Part shown: positions 10,300 through 21,638 of the stretch, one piece after another
Layout: every line of letters begins with the position of its first letter
Numbering within the stretch: the stretch's first letter is position 1
From: Bdellovibrio sp.
GTDB taxonomy: Bacteria > Bdellovibrionota > Bdellovibrionia > Bdellovibrionales > Bdellovibrionaceae
Length of the DNA: 64,000 bases
NCBI GenBank assembly: GCA_036676395.1
Contig: JAKFCY010000002.1
Location: 1,152,001 to 1,216,000, forward strand
Reading direction: 5' to 3'
Made by a program: the position numbers and the translations under genes
Notes under the pieces: generated by a model
The model's input: the letters and a program-made list of their open reading frames with translations, nothing else
Database searches by the model: none
What the model was told of the DNA's origin: nothing

Positions 10300-11457
10300 T
10301 TAGAACATGTACCCATCAAGCCAAAGATTCTTAGAAATCTTGGCTTTAAGCGGTACTTCGCCGGCATCGATGGCTTCGGGCGTGCGTATTTCGTATAAAG
10401 CATACGGCGTTTCGCTGTGTATTGTGCCGATCGGTGGGCGGTGTGTGTACATCGATTGTTCGTAGGTGTAGATCAAAAATTCGTTTTGACGGGATTGATC
10501 GTACGAAAATTTAACCATCGACTGAAACACTTCAGGATGTTCAAAAAACAAGAAGTGTAAAAATTGAAAGTTAAGGGTCTGTTCTTTTTGTGTGCGCGAA
10601 AAAGGACGGGTTAGTTTTCTGCCGACTCCGAAAAAAGAGGCAAACTTTAAGAACTGGCGAAAGTTATCAGACTGCTGGTTGTAGCTTTGCGGAAAGTAGT
10701 CTTGTAATAACGAAGAGCTTAAAGGGTAACAAACACCTACGATATTATCTTTAGCATCGCGGGCGACAACAAAATTTCTAAATGAATAAATTAAAGATTC
10801 GTGAATGTACTTTTCTAAATCTTCAATCATCGCAGCCGGTGCTAAATCAAGAGTTTTCATCTTTTCACTTAAATAGCGGACAAATTTTTTCTGATCCTGC
10901 TTTTCTAGAAAGCCCACTTTGATGTAAGGGTTTACTTTAAATAAAAGCGGGTAAAATCCGTGAATTGAAACTAAATTAAATTTGCGAATTAATTCATAAA
11001 AAGGTTTGTTTGATCTTTTTTGTTTCGTGCGAATGAAGGCATTGATAACTTGTGAACTTTCTAAGTTGATCGAGGTGATAAAATGATTCACTTTTTCAGT
11101 GAAAATTAATTTTTGCAGCTGCGGCAAAAAATGGCGTGACCAATTCAGAATCGCTTTGCGCTGGTGTGAAATTCTTAGGTCAAAGGCGTAAGACGTAGTT
11201 AATCTGGTTTTACCAACTTGCGTTTCTTGTAAAAGAAAACTGGCGGTGCCCAGAATTTCGTTATTTTGAAAGTCATTGGTTTCTTCTAAGATATAATTAT
11301 GAAATTTAAGCTGTAATCTTCGGTAAAGCGAAAAAAAATCAATCTGACGGCGAACTTTAACATCAAGTAAAGCCTGGGTCGGGATTTCGTAGAAAAAATT
11401 TCCTAACTTTTCAGAATCAACAGGGGTTGATTCGCGTAATACTATTTTTTCTTCCAC
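10300..11457 (-). CDS. Hypothetical protein, possibly GNAT-like
   Basis: 385-aa ORF; SYAFDLRISHQRK weakly resembles a GNAT motif A region. Confidence 0.5.
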   Translation of the reverse strand: MEEKIVLRESTPVDSEKLGNFFYEIPTQALLDVKVRRQIDFFSLYRRLQLKFHNYILEETNDFQNNEILGTASFLLQETQVGKTRLTTSYAFDLRISHQRKAILNWSRHFLPQLQKLIFTEKVNHFITSINLESSQVINAFIRTKQKRSNKPFYELIRKFNLVSIHGFYPLLFKVNPYIKVGFLEKQDQKKFVRYLSEKMKTLDLAPAAMIEDLEKYIHESLIYSFRNFVVARDAKDNIVGVCYPLSSSLLQDYFPQSYNQQSDNFRQFLKFASFFGVGRKLTRPFSRTQKEQTLNFQFLHFLFFEHPEVFQSMVKFSYDQSRQNEFLIYTYEQSMYTHRPPIGTIHSETPYALYEIRTPEAIDAGEVPLKAKISKNLWLDGYMF

Positions 11458-12011
11458 AAAATATCCTGCGTGTTGTGACGGTGATTAACAAATCGGGCAG
11501 CCGTGAATAAAAAATCGCTTAAACGATTTAGATAAATAATCACTTGTTCGTAATGCGGTTCTTGATTGGCCACTTCAACCGTGCGACGTTCGCATCTTCG
11601 GCAAAGCGTGCGGGCAACATGTAAGTGCGAACTTAATACATGGCCTGTAGGCAGAATAAAGTTTTTCAAAGGTTCTAATTCTGCCGTCATGATGTCGATG
11701 CTTTGTTCGAGCTGAATTGTATCTGCAGGATCAAGCTGTGGAAGCTTTTTAAAGACTTCCAAGTCTTGTGTGGCTAGCAGGCTACCGATGGTAAACATAT
11801 TATTTTGCACATCAAAGAGCAGGCGGCGTAAGGAAGTGTTGCTGAAATTCAACTGTTCATTGTTTTCAAGTAAGCTGAAAATTAAACCAAGATAAGAATT
11901 AAGTTCATCGGCAGTTCCGTAAGCTTCAACACGCGGATTGAATTTTTCGACGCAAGTGCCATCAACCAGTCTAGTTGTTCCTTTATCTCCGGTTTTCGTA
12001 TATATTTTCAT
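11442..12011 (-). CDS. ATP:cob(I)alamin adenosyltransferase (PduO type)
   Basis: MKIYTKTGDKGTT, RVEAYGTADELNS, ARTLCRRCER and YLNRLSDFLF motifs. Confidence 0.93.
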   Translation of the reverse strand: MKIYTKTGDKGTTRLVDGTCVEKFNPRVEAYGTADELNSYLGLIFSLLENNEQLNFSNTSLRRLLFDVQNNMFTIGSLLATQDLEVFKKLPQLDPADTIQLEQSIDIMTAELEPLKNFILPTGHVLSSHLHVARTLCRRCERRTVEVANQEPHYEQVIIYLNRLSDFLFTAARFVNHRHNTQDILWKKK

Positions 12012-12058
12012 ATGTTAATTAGCTAACGTCTTTTAGAGTTAGTCAAGTTTAGGGGTAT

Positions 12059-12871
12059 ATGTCTGAACCAGTAATTCCATTTTTTGTAACGATGCCGCAC
12101 TCGGGAGAAAAAGTTCCCGATGAATGCACTTGGTTGCAGAATCTCGATGAAAAAATCTTGATGTGTGATGTGGATCGCTACATTGATGTGATCTATGAAC
12201 CCTCATTAATTAAGATGCATGTGCCTTATCATAAAACTGACTGGCATCGTTATGCGGTTGATTTAAATCGTATTCCTCAAGACATTGATTGCGACTCAGT
12301 GATTGGGTGTGAAAATAAATCCGGTTCGAACAGCCGCGGTTTTCACTGGGTTGTTACAACTTTGAACACTCCTTTAATGCAAAGCCCCATTTCCAAAGAG
12401 TTGCATAATAAACTGACTGATCTAATTTATACCCCTTTTCATGATGGCGTAAAAAAACTTTATGCAGACTATATGAAGAAGGGATTTCAGCATGTTTTTC
12501 ATTTGGATGCCCACTCGATGCCCTCTTTGGGAACAAATCAGCATAAAGACCCAGGTCAATATCGTGCTGATATTGTAATCAGTGATAATCTGGGTGTGAG
12601 TTGTGATTCTCGCTATAAAGACTTAGTCATTGAAGCGTACAAAGCCGTCGGATTTTCGATCAGTTATAATTGGCCCTACATGGGCGGTCGTGTGACTCAG
12701 GAATACGGTAAGCCAGAAGTCGGACAGCAGGCTCTTCAAGTTGAGCTGAACCGCGCTTTATATATGGATGAAGTGACCAAAAAAATAAAACCAGATTATG
12801 TTGTGGTGCAAGAGCAAGTATTCAAGGCACTCGAACACATAAAAAGAGAACTTCCCAATTTGAAAATCTAG
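12059..12871 (+). CDS. N-formylglutamate amidohydrolase family protein
   Basis: PHSG, RYAVDLNR, LDAHSMPS, NWPYMGG and LQVELNRALYMDE motifs. Confidence 0.9.
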   Translation: MSEPVIPFFVTMPHSGEKVPDECTWLQNLDEKILMCDVDRYIDVIYEPSLIKMHVPYHKTDWHRYAVDLNRIPQDIDCDSVIGCENKSGSNSRGFHWVVTTLNTPLMQSPISKELHNKLTDLIYTPFHDGVKKLYADYMKKGFQHVFHLDAHSMPSLGTNQHKDPGQYRADIVISDNLGVSCDSRYKDLVIEAYKAVGFSISYNWPYMGGRVTQEYGKPEVGQQALQVELNRALYMDEVTKKIKPDYVVVQEQVFKALEHIKRELPNLKI

Positions 12872-12886
12872 GGGTACTTTTTCCCT

Positions 12887-14293
12887 ATGCGATTTAAAAA
12901 TCCAATGGTGCAGAAGTTCTGGAGATTTTCTACATCATTTCAATTAGGTATTCCTATTCTTGTGTCATTAACGGTGCTTATCACCGCGGGCACTATTGTT
13001 GAATCAAAATTTGATGCTTTTGCCGCGCAAAAGTTAGTTTATCATAGCTGGTTGATGTACATCACCATGGGCTTATTGGTTTATAACTTAACTATTGTGA
13101 TGGTCGATCGTATGCCGTGGAAGCAGCGACATGCGCCGTTTATATTTGTTCATATCGGGATTGTTCTATTAGTCATTGGTGGTTTTGTAACCCAGAAGAT
13201 GGGCCTTGATGGTTCGATGCATTTGCCAATCAATGGTAAAAATAATTATGTGCAAGTCTCGCAAACTGATTTAGTGGTCTATGCCACGTTCGACGGTGAT
13301 CGCTACACGAAAGTGTACGAAAACGAAGTTGATTTTTTCTTAAATCCTCCCACTGAAGAAAAGCCTTTTATAGTTAATTTGGGCGACAATAAAATCATTA
13401 TCAAAAAATACTTAAAATATGCACGTGTTAGTAAAAAACTAAAAAAATCGACTGACGTGAATGTGGGTTCGTCAGTTAAATTTCAATTGCAAAATGCGAA
13501 CGTGCAGCAAGTTGAAACTTTAACTCAAGCCGCTAAAACGAAAACCGCTGATGTTAACTTTGGGCCACTTAAAGTGGTCTTAGGTCACGACGCAAAAGTA
13601 AACGGGCGCAAAGACCGCTCAACCAATGAAATTTATTTTAATGCTAAAAACGAAACTGAACTTTCTTACGAGCTTTATCGTAAAGAAGAAATGAAATCGT
13701 TTAAATCAGGCACAGTTAAAATCGGTGAAATGATTACGACGGGCTGGATGGGGTTAGAGCTTCGTTTGTTAGACTATCTTCCGCAAGCGACTGAAGAATG
13801 GGATGCGACTGAGGTTGCCTATCCGACGCCGCTAACGAGTCCGGCCTTATTGATTCAATTCGGTGATCGTACGCAGTGGTCACTGTTAAATGATGTAGTT
13901 AAGCTTTTTGGCGAAAGTGAAGCTTATCTTATTAGTTATCAAAATCGCCGTATTGATCTGGGGTTTCCGGTTTATTTAAAGAAATTCACGATGACTCATT
14001 ACGAAGGCACGCAAAAAGCCAAAACGTATTCAAGTGATATTGAAATTGTTCCGGCTGATGGCACAACACCTGTTTCTGGCTTGATTGAAATGAATGAGCC
14101 AATGAAGTTTGCTGGCTACACTTTTTATCAAGCCAGCTTTAATCAAGACGAAAAAACAGGCGAGCCTACGGCTTCGGTTCTTTCGGTAAACCTTGATCCG
14201 GGTCGTTGGGTTAAATATTTAGGTTCTTTAGTATTAACAATAGGTATTGTTTGGCTATTCGTGCAAACGCGCAGAAGAAAGACAGCACAATGA
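12887..14293 (+). CDS. resB: Cytochrome c biogenesis protein ResB/CcsB (system II)
   Basis: N-terminal TM helices, HIGIVL, YSSDIEI and MNEPMKFAGYTFYQASF motifs. Confidence 0.85.
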   Translation: MRFKNPMVQKFWRFSTSFQLGIPILVSLTVLITAGTIVESKFDAFAAQKLVYHSWLMYITMGLLVYNLTIVMVDRMPWKQRHAPFIFVHIGIVLLVIGGFVTQKMGLDGSMHLPINGKNNYVQVSQTDLVVYATFDGDRYTKVYENEVDFFLNPPTEEKPFIVNLGDNKIIIKKYLKYARVSKKLKKSTDVNVGSSVKFQLQNANVQQVETLTQAAKTKTADVNFGPLKVVLGHDAKVNGRKDRSTNEIYFNAKNETELSYELYRKEEMKSFKSGTVKIGEMITTGWMGLELRLLDYLPQATEEWDATEVAYPTPLTSPALLIQFGDRTQWSLLNDVVKLFGESEAYLISYQNRRIDLGFPVYLKKFTMTHYEGTQKAKTYSSDIEIVPADGTTPVSGLIEMNEPMKFAGYTFYQASFNQDEKTGEPTASVLSVNLDPGRWVKYLGSLVLTIGIVWLFVQTRRRKTAQ

Positions 14294-15945
14294 TTCGTTT
14301 TTTATCGACAGTATTTTTACTTTTACAGGTTTCGTTATTTGCAAATAGCGCCCAAGCGGCTCCAAAGCTGGGTGAAGCTATCAGGTATTTACCAGTGCAA
14401 GATGGTGGTCGCATTAAGCCTTACGACACTTTTGCAAAAGAAGTTTTAGAAGTTGTCTATGGTAAAAGTAAATACAAAACCGAAGCTGGCGAAACAGCTC
14501 CTGCGTATTTGATTGTGTTAACTTGGATGTTGTCGCCAGATAGCTGGACAAATCGCCCACTTTTTGAAGTAAATCACTTTGATGTAAAAAATAAACTTGG
14601 TCTTGCAAAAGAACAAAAATACTTTTCTAGTAACGAGCTTTTTACCACTGATAAATTTCAAAATTTAATGCAAGAATTGGCCGACAAACGTCAAAGCCAG
14701 GAAAAATTAACTCCGTACTTTCAAGCCTTGCAGCGTTTGCAAAATCAAATGGTGTATTTTCGTGAATTAGCTGCGGGCCGCTTATTAAGAATTATGCCCA
14801 ATGCAGAATCTGACACATGGTTGTCTGTAGCTGAGTTGCCAGAAGCGCAGCAAGGCCTATTCATTAGTATCAGTCAAAGTGTTGCGGCGTACTTAGGTGC
14901 TTTGGCAGAACATCAAGATGTTGACGGTGCTAAAGCCACTTTGGATGCGGCGGTTATTGATTTTCAAAAAAGTATAGAGCAGGTCGTTCCGCAAAAATAC
15001 GCGGAGGCTCATAAAGTTGATACCGAAGTTTTTTACAATGATCTTCATCCGTTTCGCTGGACATATATCTTATATATTCTGGCATCGCTTATTTTATTAT
15101 TTATCTGGATTAGAAATTTACAATCGGGAATGACGCTTGTTTGGACAGTAACCTTTCTAGGTTTTTTCATTCACATTTTGGGATTCGCATTCAGAGTTTA
15201 TCTGGCTGAAAGACCACCTGTGACGAATATGTATGAAACTGTCGTGTGGGTTTCTTGGGGAATCATGGTCTTTTCGATGGTTTTAGAGAAGATCTATAAG
15301 TACCGTATCTTTTTATTAGCGGGTTTGCTGATGGGTTTTGTGTGTATGGTTATCGCCGACACAGCTCCTGCGGTTTTAGATCCAAGCATTCAGCCTCTAG
15401 AGGCCGTGCTTCGCAGCAGTTACTGGCTGATTGTTCACGTAATGACTATCACAATCAGTTATGCAGCCTTTGCGCTGGCTTTTGCTTTGGGTGATATCGG
15501 GCTTATTTATTATGCGATTGATAAAGAAAAGCATAAAGAAAAAATTCAGCACATTACAACTGGTGTTTATCGTTCGATGCAAATCGGAGTGGCATTTTTA
15601 GCGCCGGGGATTATCTTGGGCGGTATTTGGGCAGATGCTTCTTGGGGTAGATTCTGGGGTTGGGATCCGAAAGAGACTTGGGCCTTGATTGCTCTTTTGG
15701 GTTACATAATAATTCTACATGCTCGTTTAGTGAACTGGATTCAAAATTTTGGAACGCTAGTTGCCGGCATTTTAACTTTCATGCTTGTGATCATGGCTTG
15801 GTATGGAGTTAACTTTGTACTTGGAGCGGGGCTTCACTCATACGGATTCGGCGCTGGCGGCGTTGAGTACGTTTCAATTTTTGTACTTTTACACTTCATT
15901 TTTGTTGGTTACGTAGCCAGCGTAAAAAAACTTTCTAAGGTTTAG
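14290..15945 (+). CDS. ccsA: Cytochrome c biogenesis protein CcsA/ResC (system II)
   Basis: WWD domain GGIWADASWGRFWGWDPKETW and GLHSYG; start at ATG 14290 (ATGA overlap with resB). Confidence 0.93.
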   Translation: MIRFLSTVFLLLQVSLFANSAQAAPKLGEAIRYLPVQDGGRIKPYDTFAKEVLEVVYGKSKYKTEAGETAPAYLIVLTWMLSPDSWTNRPLFEVNHFDVKNKLGLAKEQKYFSSNELFTTDKFQNLMQELADKRQSQEKLTPYFQALQRLQNQMVYFRELAAGRLLRIMPNAESDTWLSVAELPEAQQGLFISISQSVAAYLGALAEHQDVDGAKATLDAAVIDFQKSIEQVVPQKYAEAHKVDTEVFYNDLHPFRWTYILYILASLILLFIWIRNLQSGMTLVWTVTFLGFFIHILGFAFRVYLAERPPVTNMYETVVWVSWGIMVFSMVLEKIYKYRIFLLAGLLMGFVCMVIADTAPAVLDPSIQPLEAVLRSSYWLIVHVMTITISYAAFALAFALGDIGLIYYAIDKEKHKEKIQHITTGVYRSMQIGVAFLAPGIILGGIWADASWGRFWGWDPKETWALIALLGYIIILHARLVNWIQNFGTLVAGILTFMLVIMAWYGVNFVLGAGLHSYGFGAGGVEYVSIFVLLHFIFVGYVASVKKLSKV

Positions 15946-16086
15946 TGCGCACTTTTAGCTACACTCGCGTGCTTTACTCTTAAGCACGCAACTTCTTGTT
16001 TTCACTCAGGGATTTTCATTTGATGATCAAAATCCCTCGTGACATTTGCCCCATGTTGCATTTTAATTACAATATTAAGAAGGGCA

Positions 16087-16677
16087 ATGATTATGCTTAC
16101 TAAATTTCGCAGCACTGTATGCGCGTCTATAGGTTTGTCGCTTACGGTATTTTTTCTTTCTGGTTGTTTGTTTCAAAATCCTGATGGCGGTGAACGCGCG
16201 GGAATTGGCTACAACAAAGGTTATGCGCCTGAACAGCCGATCGCGTTCAGCCACGAACTTCACGTTGGTACACACAAAATTCAGTGTCAGTACTGCCACA
16301 ACCAAGTTGAACGTTCGAAATCTTCGAACATTCCATCGTTAGCAACTTGTATGAACTGCCACCAACAGGTCGCAGGCAAGCCAGGACAAGAAACTGTTCC
16401 AGGTTATAAAGACTCTGATGAAATTAAAAAACTTCGCGATGCCTTCTCTGATGGTAAATCAATTGAATGGGTTCGCGTGCACATGCTTCCTGATCATGTG
16501 TCGTTCAATCACCAAGCGCACGTGGGTAAAGGCGTAAGCTGTCAAACATGCCATGGTGAAATTGAAAAGATGGCTAAAGTATTTCAGCACTCTGATTTGT
16601 CTATGGGCTGGTGTGTGAACTGTCACCGTCAACCAGAAAACAAAGCTCCACTTAACTGTACAACGTGTCACCAATAA
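16087..16677 (+). CDS. actA: Alternative complex III pentaheme cytochrome c subunit
   Basis: Five CxxCH motifs (CQYCH, CMNCH, CQTCH, CVNCH, CTTCH), PEQPIAFSH and LSMGWC; first gene of the ACIII cluster. Confidence 0.9.
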   Translation: MIMLTKFRSTVCASIGLSLTVFFLSGCLFQNPDGGERAGIGYNKGYAPEQPIAFSHELHVGTHKIQCQYCHNQVERSKSSNIPSLATCMNCHQQVAGKPGQETVPGYKDSDEIKKLRDAFSDGKSIEWVRVHMLPDHVSFNHQAHVGKGVSCQTCHGEIEKMAKVFQHSDLSMGWCVNCHRQPENKAPLNCTTCHQ

Positions 16678-16693
16678 TCGAAGCGGGTTTGTG

Positions 16694-19600
16694 ATGTCTA
16701 ATACTGAAAATAAAATTCAATCTGATAATGAAAATAGAAAAATTGAAAGAGACTCTACTTACTGGAGATCTTTCGAAGAGCTAAATAACACTCCTGAGTT
16801 TCAAAAGTCTTTACAGACTGAATTCATGTCTTCACCTTTGCGTGAAGAGTCTAAAGATGAAGGCGCAGAAACAGACGGCGTTGCTCGTCGTGATTTCTTA
16901 AAACTAATGGGAGCATCAATTGCCCTAACTTCGGCTGCAGGTTGCATCCGTCGTCCGGTGCAAAAAATTGTTCCTTACAATAAACAACCTGAAGAAGTTA
17001 CCGTTGGTGTTTCTAACTGGTACACATCATCTTACTTTGATGGCCAAGAGGGTTTAGGTTTATTGGTTAAATCACGCGAAGGTCGCCCGGTTCACATCTC
17101 GGGAAATCCAAAGTTTCCATTAAACGGAAACGGCGCTTCGGTTAAAGCTCAGGCTTCATTGCTTGGTTTGTACGAACCAAACCGTTTACAAAAACCTTTC
17201 AGAAATTTATTTAATGAAAAGCGCACCAACAAAGAAACTGTGGGTGTATCTTGGGAAGAATTAGACACTAAAGTTGTTGAATCTCTTCAAAAAGGTGGCG
17301 TTGCCATTTTATCTGGAAACATTTCTTCTCCTTCAACTAAAGCAGTTATTGGAGATTTTAAAGCTGGCTTTAATGCTGATCACTATGTGTGGGAGCCTTT
17401 AGCTGATGACGTTGTTGAAGCTCAAGCTTCTTCATACGGTGAAGCAGTTATGCCAGGATACAGATACGATAAAGCTCAAATGATTGTTTCAATCGATGCG
17501 GACTTCCTAGGTACTTGGGGTCCAACGATGACAAACAACAAACGTTTTGCTGACGGTCGTAGAAATATCGACAAGATGTCACGTTTAGTTTCGTTTGATT
17601 CAACTTACTCTTTAACTGGTGCGAATGCGGATATCCGTTTCAGAATTAAGCCCTCACAACAATTCGATATTGTTATGGGTTTAATCTCTGAAGTTCAAGG
17701 TAACGGTTCGGCTGGTGTCGCTGAAAAATTGGGTATCTCTGCTGAGGCTTTCAAAAAAGTAGCAACAGATTTAGCTAATAACAAAGGTGAATCAATCGTT
17801 GTAGCTGGTGGTATCCAAACTAAAACTAAAGATTCAATGGCGTTACAAGTTGCTGTGAATTACTTAAATTCTATTTTAGGTAACGACGGTAAAACAGTAG
17901 TGGCGGGTGCAGGTAATAAAAATTTAACCGCTTCGTTTGCGCAAATTAAAAATTTAATCGCCAAAATGAATGCTGGAGATGTGAAAACTCTTATCATCTA
18001 CAGATCAAACCCATTCTATAGCTTAAGTGCTGATCTTGGTTTTGCTGAAGCTCTTAAAAAAGTACCTACAGTTGTTTATTCAAGCGATAAAATGGATGAA
18101 ACAGCAGTTAATGCTCACTATGTGGCGACAGATAATCACGCTTTAGAAACTTGGGGTGATTCTGAATTTGCAACTGGTGTTTACGGCATTCACCAACCAC
18201 TTATCCGCACAATGTATGACACAAGATCATTTCAGTTATCTTTAATGACTTGGGCCTACATGGCTAAAGTTGGCCCTAAGCGTATTCAAGAATTTGAAAC
18301 TTATTACGACTATGTTCGTAATTTATGGAAAACAGAAATGGCCGTAAAAGTTGCCGGCGGAAAAGATTTCGAATCTTTCTGGAATGGGTTTTTACAAGAA
18401 GGTTTTGTTGGCGAATTAGCAGCAGCAGGATCTGCACGTACTTTCAAGGGTGATGTTTCATCTCTTAAAAAATCTCAAAGCAGCGATGCCACTTTTGAAT
18501 TAGCTTTATATCCAACAGTAAATATCGGTGATGGTACTTTGGCTAACATCGGTTGGTTACAAGAGTTACCAGATGTAGTGACTAAAATTGTTTGGGATAA
18601 CTACGCTTGTGTTTCAATTAAAACGGCCGAGGCGAACAAACTTCGCGAAGGTGATGTGATTGAATTAACAGTTGGTGGTAATAAATTATCTTTACCAACT
18701 CACATTCAACCAGGTTTACATGACCAAGTTGTAGCGGTAGCTGTTGGTTACGGACGCACTCACGCAGGTGATGTCGCAAAGGGAATCGGTCAAAATGCAT
18801 TTACACTGGCTCAAGGCGGGTTGTATGCGGGCTTACCGGTTGAATTTAAAAAGACTGGTCAAAAAATTGAATTAGTTACGACTCAAGGTCACGATTCAAT
18901 GGAAGGCCGTCAAATCGTTGTAACTGCAACTAATAAAGATATTCAAAAATCTAAAGACGCCAATATTCATAGACACCACACATGGAATATCTGGTCAGGT
19001 CACCAATACAACGGACACAAATGGGGTATGGCGATTGATCTAAATACTTGCACAGGTTGTTCGGCTTGTATGACAGCCTGCCAATCTGAAAACAACACTG
19101 CTGTTGTCGGTAAAAAATATGTTATGCAAGGTCGCGAAATGCACTGGATTCGTATCGATAGATACTACACTGGTGATGTTGAAAATGCGTCTGCGGTATT
19201 CCAACCGTTGATGTGCCAACACTGTGACAATGCTCCGTGTGAAACGGTTTGTCCGGTAGTTGCAACGGTGCATAGCTCAGAAGGTTTAAATGAACAGATT
19301 TACAACCGCTGCGTTGGTACTCGTTATTGTTCAAATAACTGTCCATACAAAGTTCGTCGTTTTAACTGGTTTAATTACGCTAAATTAATCGAAAAGCCGA
19401 TGCACATGGCTCTTAATCCTGAAGTATTAGTTCGTACACGCGGGGTTATGGAAAAATGTACTTTCTGCGTTCAACGCATTAAAGAAGGCAAAAACAAAGC
19501 TAAAATCGAAGAACGTCCATTAAAAGATGGCGATATCAAAGTAGCGTGTGAGGCAGCTTGTCCTACGCAAACTATCGTATTCGGTGACTTAAACGATGAA

Positions 19601-19747
19601 AATTCACGCGTAGCAAAAGTTTTTAAAGCTGAACCACGCGCTTACGAATTATTAGAAGAATGGTACGCAAAACCTTCGGTTCGCTACCAAACGAAAATTA
19701 AAAATAACGATCAAGTAACTCCTAAGAAAGGAGGCGGCCATGCTTAA
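16694..19747 (+). CDS. actB: Alternative complex III subunit ActB (molybdopterin-oxidoreductase-like domain fused to Fe-S domain)
   Basis: YWRSFEEL, Tat motif RRDFLK followed by AAGC, and C-terminal ferredoxin motifs [33 protein letters not shown]. Confidence 0.93.
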   Translation: MSNTENKIQSDNENRKIERDSTYWRSFEELNNTPEFQKSLQTEFMSSPLREESKDEGAETDGVARRDFLKLMGASIALTSAAGCIRRPVQKIVPYNKQPEEVTVGVSNWYTSSYFDGQEGLGLLVKSREGRPVHISGNPKFPLNGNGASVKAQASLLGLYEPNRLQKPFRNLFNEKRTNKETVGVSWEELDTKVVESLQKGGVAILSGNISSPSTKAVIGDFKAGFNADHYVWEPLADDVVEAQASSYGEAVMPGYRYDKAQMIVSIDADFLGTWGPTMTNNKRFADGRRNIDKMSRLVSFDSTYSLTGANADIRFRIKPSQQFDIVMGLISEVQGNGSAGVAEKLGISAEAFKKVATDLANNKGESIVVAGGIQTKTKDSMALQVAVNYLNSILGNDGKTVVAGAGNKNLTASFAQIKNLIAKMNAGDVKTLIIYRSNPFYSLSADLGFAEALKKVPTVVYSSDKMDETAVNAHYVATDNHALETWGDSEFATGVYGIHQPLIRTMYDTRSFQLSLMTWAYMAKVGPKRIQEFETYYDYVRNLWKTEMAVKVAGGKDFESFWNGFLQEGFVGELAAAGSARTFKGDVSSLKKSQSSDATFELALYPTVNIGDGTLANIGWLQELPDVVTKIVWDNYACVSIKTAEANKLREGDVIELTVGGNKLSLPTHIQPGLHDQVVAVAVGYGRTHAGDVAKGIGQNAFTLAQGGLYAGLPVEFKKTGQKIELVTTQGHDSMEGRQIVVTATNKDIQKSKDANIHRHHTWNIWSGHQYNGHKWGMAIDLNTCTGCSACMTACQSENNTAVVGKKYVMQGREMHWIRIDRYYTGDVENASAVFQPLMCQHCDNAPCETVCPVVATVHSSEGLNEQIYNRCVGTRYCSNNCPYKVRRFNWFNYAKLIEKPMHMALNPEVLVRTRGVMEKCTFCVQRIKEGKNKAKIEERPLKDGDIKVACEAACPTQTIVFGDLNDENSRVAKVFKAEPRAYELLEEWYAKPSVRYQTKIKNNDQVTPKKGGGHA

Positions 19748-21107
19748 GCGTAATCCTCTTGTTTTAGGTAATAAAACTTTAAAAGATGTAACTGATGATA
19801 TCTGCGCTCCGATTGAACGTATTCCTTCAAAAGAATGGATGGGTTTATTTTTAGGTGCTAAAGGTTTATTTATATTTTACATCCTAACAATCGCTATGGT
19901 TATCTCGACTGGTATCGGTTTATTAGGGGTGAATCACCCGGTTGCCTGGGGAACGATGATTATCACGTTCGTATTCTGGGTAGGTATCGGTCATGCGGGA
20001 ACTTTAATTTCTGCGATCCTATTTTTATTCCGCCAAAAATGGAGAACTTCAGTAGCTCGTTCTGCTGAGGCGATGACAGTATTTGCGGTTGCAACGGCAG
20101 GTATCTTCCCGTTAATCCATACAGGTCGTCCTTGGTTAGATTTCTGGTTATTTCCGTACCCGAATCAACGGGGTCCACTATGGGTAAACTTCCGTTCTCC
20201 ATTGTTGTGGGACGTTTTCGCCGTATCAACATACGCGACGGTGTCTTCTGTGTTTTGGATCGTGGGTATGATTCCAGATTTAGCCACTGTTCGTGACAGA
20301 GCTAAAAATGCCATCCGTAAAAAAATCTACGGTGCTTTATCTTTCGGTTGGAGAGGCACAGCAAAACAATGGTCACACTTTGAAATGATTTACTTAGTGT
20401 TAGCAGGTCTTTCGACGCCGCTTGTATTATCAGTACATACAATCGTATCGTTCGACTTCGCGGTTTCACAATTACCGGGTTGGCATACGACGATCTTTCC
20501 TCCGTACTTCGTTGCGGGTGCGATCTTCTCGGGTTTCGCGATGGTTATTACGTTGATGACGTTAGTACGTATCGGTTTTCCAGAATTTAAAAATTACATC
20601 ACGATCGATCATATGGAAGTGATGAATAAAATCATCATGATGACAGGTTTGATGGTTGGTTACGCTTACGGAGCTGAGTTTTTAATTGCCTGGTACTCAG
20701 GTAATGATTACGAAAGATACGTATTTATGAATCGTGCGATGGGGCCATATGCTTGGTCATACTGGATCATGGTTTCTTGTAACGTATTAATCCCACAGCT
20801 TTTCTGGTTTAAAAAATTCCGTCGTTCGATTCCTATCATGTTCGTTGTTTCGATTTTCGTAAACATCGGTATGTGGTTTGAGCGTTTTGTGATTACGGTA
20901 ACATCGCTTCACCGCGATTTCTTACCATCAAACTGGGGTCAGTACGCTTGGTCGATTTACGATACAGCGATCTTAGTTGGATCGTTCGGTATGTTCTTCA
21001 CAATTTTCTTATTATATTTACGCGTTTTACCTGCGATTTCGATCGCCGAAGTTAAACCGGTATTAAATGTCGGCAAAGAAGACGAACATCATGGGAAAGG
21101 ACACTAA
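19740..21107 (+). CDS. actC: Alternative complex III quinol-binding membrane subunit (NrfD/PsrC family)
   Basis: [40 protein letters not shown] and GMWFERF motifs. Confidence 0.93.
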   Translation: MLKRNPLVLGNKTLKDVTDDICAPIERIPSKEWMGLFLGAKGLFIFYILTIAMVISTGIGLLGVNHPVAWGTMIITFVFWVGIGHAGTLISAILFLFRQKWRTSVARSAEAMTVFAVATAGIFPLIHTGRPWLDFWLFPYPNQRGPLWVNFRSPLLWDVFAVSTYATVSSVFWIVGMIPDLATVRDRAKNAIRKKIYGALSFGWRGTAKQWSHFEMIYLVLAGLSTPLVLSVHTIVSFDFAVSQLPGWHTTIFPPYFVAGAIFSGFAMVITLMTLVRIGFPEFKNYITIDHMEVMNKIIMMTGLMVGYAYGAEFLIAWYSGNDYERYVFMNRAMGPYAWSYWIMVSCNVLIPQLFWFKKFRRSIPIMFVVSIFVNIGMWFERFVITVTSLHRDFLPSNWGQYAWSIYDTAILVGSFGMFFTIFLLYLRVLPAISIAEVKPVLNVGKEDEHHGKGH

Positions 21108-21109
21108 TC

Positions 21110-21637
21110 ATGGCTAAGAAAGCTATTGGCGGAATCGCCGGAATTTTTCTTGATGAAGCTACAACGGTCAACGCAGCAACTCGCGTGCGTGAAGCTGGAT
21201 TTACAAAATTTGATGCGTTATCGCCATACCCAATCCATGCGATGGAAGCAGCCTGCGGAATTAAACGTTCACCGATTCCATATGTCACTTTTGTTGCGGG
21301 ATGTGTGGGATTAATGGCTGCTCTAGCATTAACTTATTATACGTCTGCAGTTGATTGGGCGATTAACGTTGGTGGTAAACCGATGTTCTCGTTACCAGCA
21401 TTTGTGCCGATTATGTTTGAGTTAACGGTATTGTTCGCAGCTTTAAGTTCAGTGGGCGCTTTCTTTTACCTTTGTGGTATTCCAAGAATTGATCCACCAA
21501 TTATTGATAAAGACATCACTTGCCACAAGTTTGCGATTTTCATTCCTGAAAATGACGTAGGCTACAGCGCTGATCGCGCTGAAAAACTTTTAAAAGATTT
21601 AGGCGCTGTTGAAATCAAGAAAATGGCGGAGTACTAA
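21110..21637 (+). CDS. actD: Alternative complex III subunit ActD (DUF3341)
   Basis: SPYPIH, NVGGKP and PIMFELTVLFAA motifs; position in the cluster. Confidence 0.88.
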   Translation: MAKKAIGGIAGIFLDEATTVNAATRVREAGFTKFDALSPYPIHAMEAACGIKRSPIPYVTFVAGCVGLMAALALTYYTSAVDWAINVGGKPMFSLPAFVPIMFELTVLFAALSSVGAFFYLCGIPRIDPPIIDKDITCHKFAIFIPENDVGYSADRAEKLLKDLGAVEIKKMAEY

Positions 21638-21638
21638 G

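Noticed and set aside
16020..16030. TTGATGATCAA as an FNR box upstream of actA
   Set aside because: FNR sites need TTGAT-N4-ATCAA; the spacer here is 1 nt.
16694..19747. ActB as a catalytic molybdoenzyme such as a formate dehydrogenase or nitrate reductase
   Set aside because: The actA/C/D/E/F context identifies ACIII, whose ActB is established to lack a Mo cofactor.
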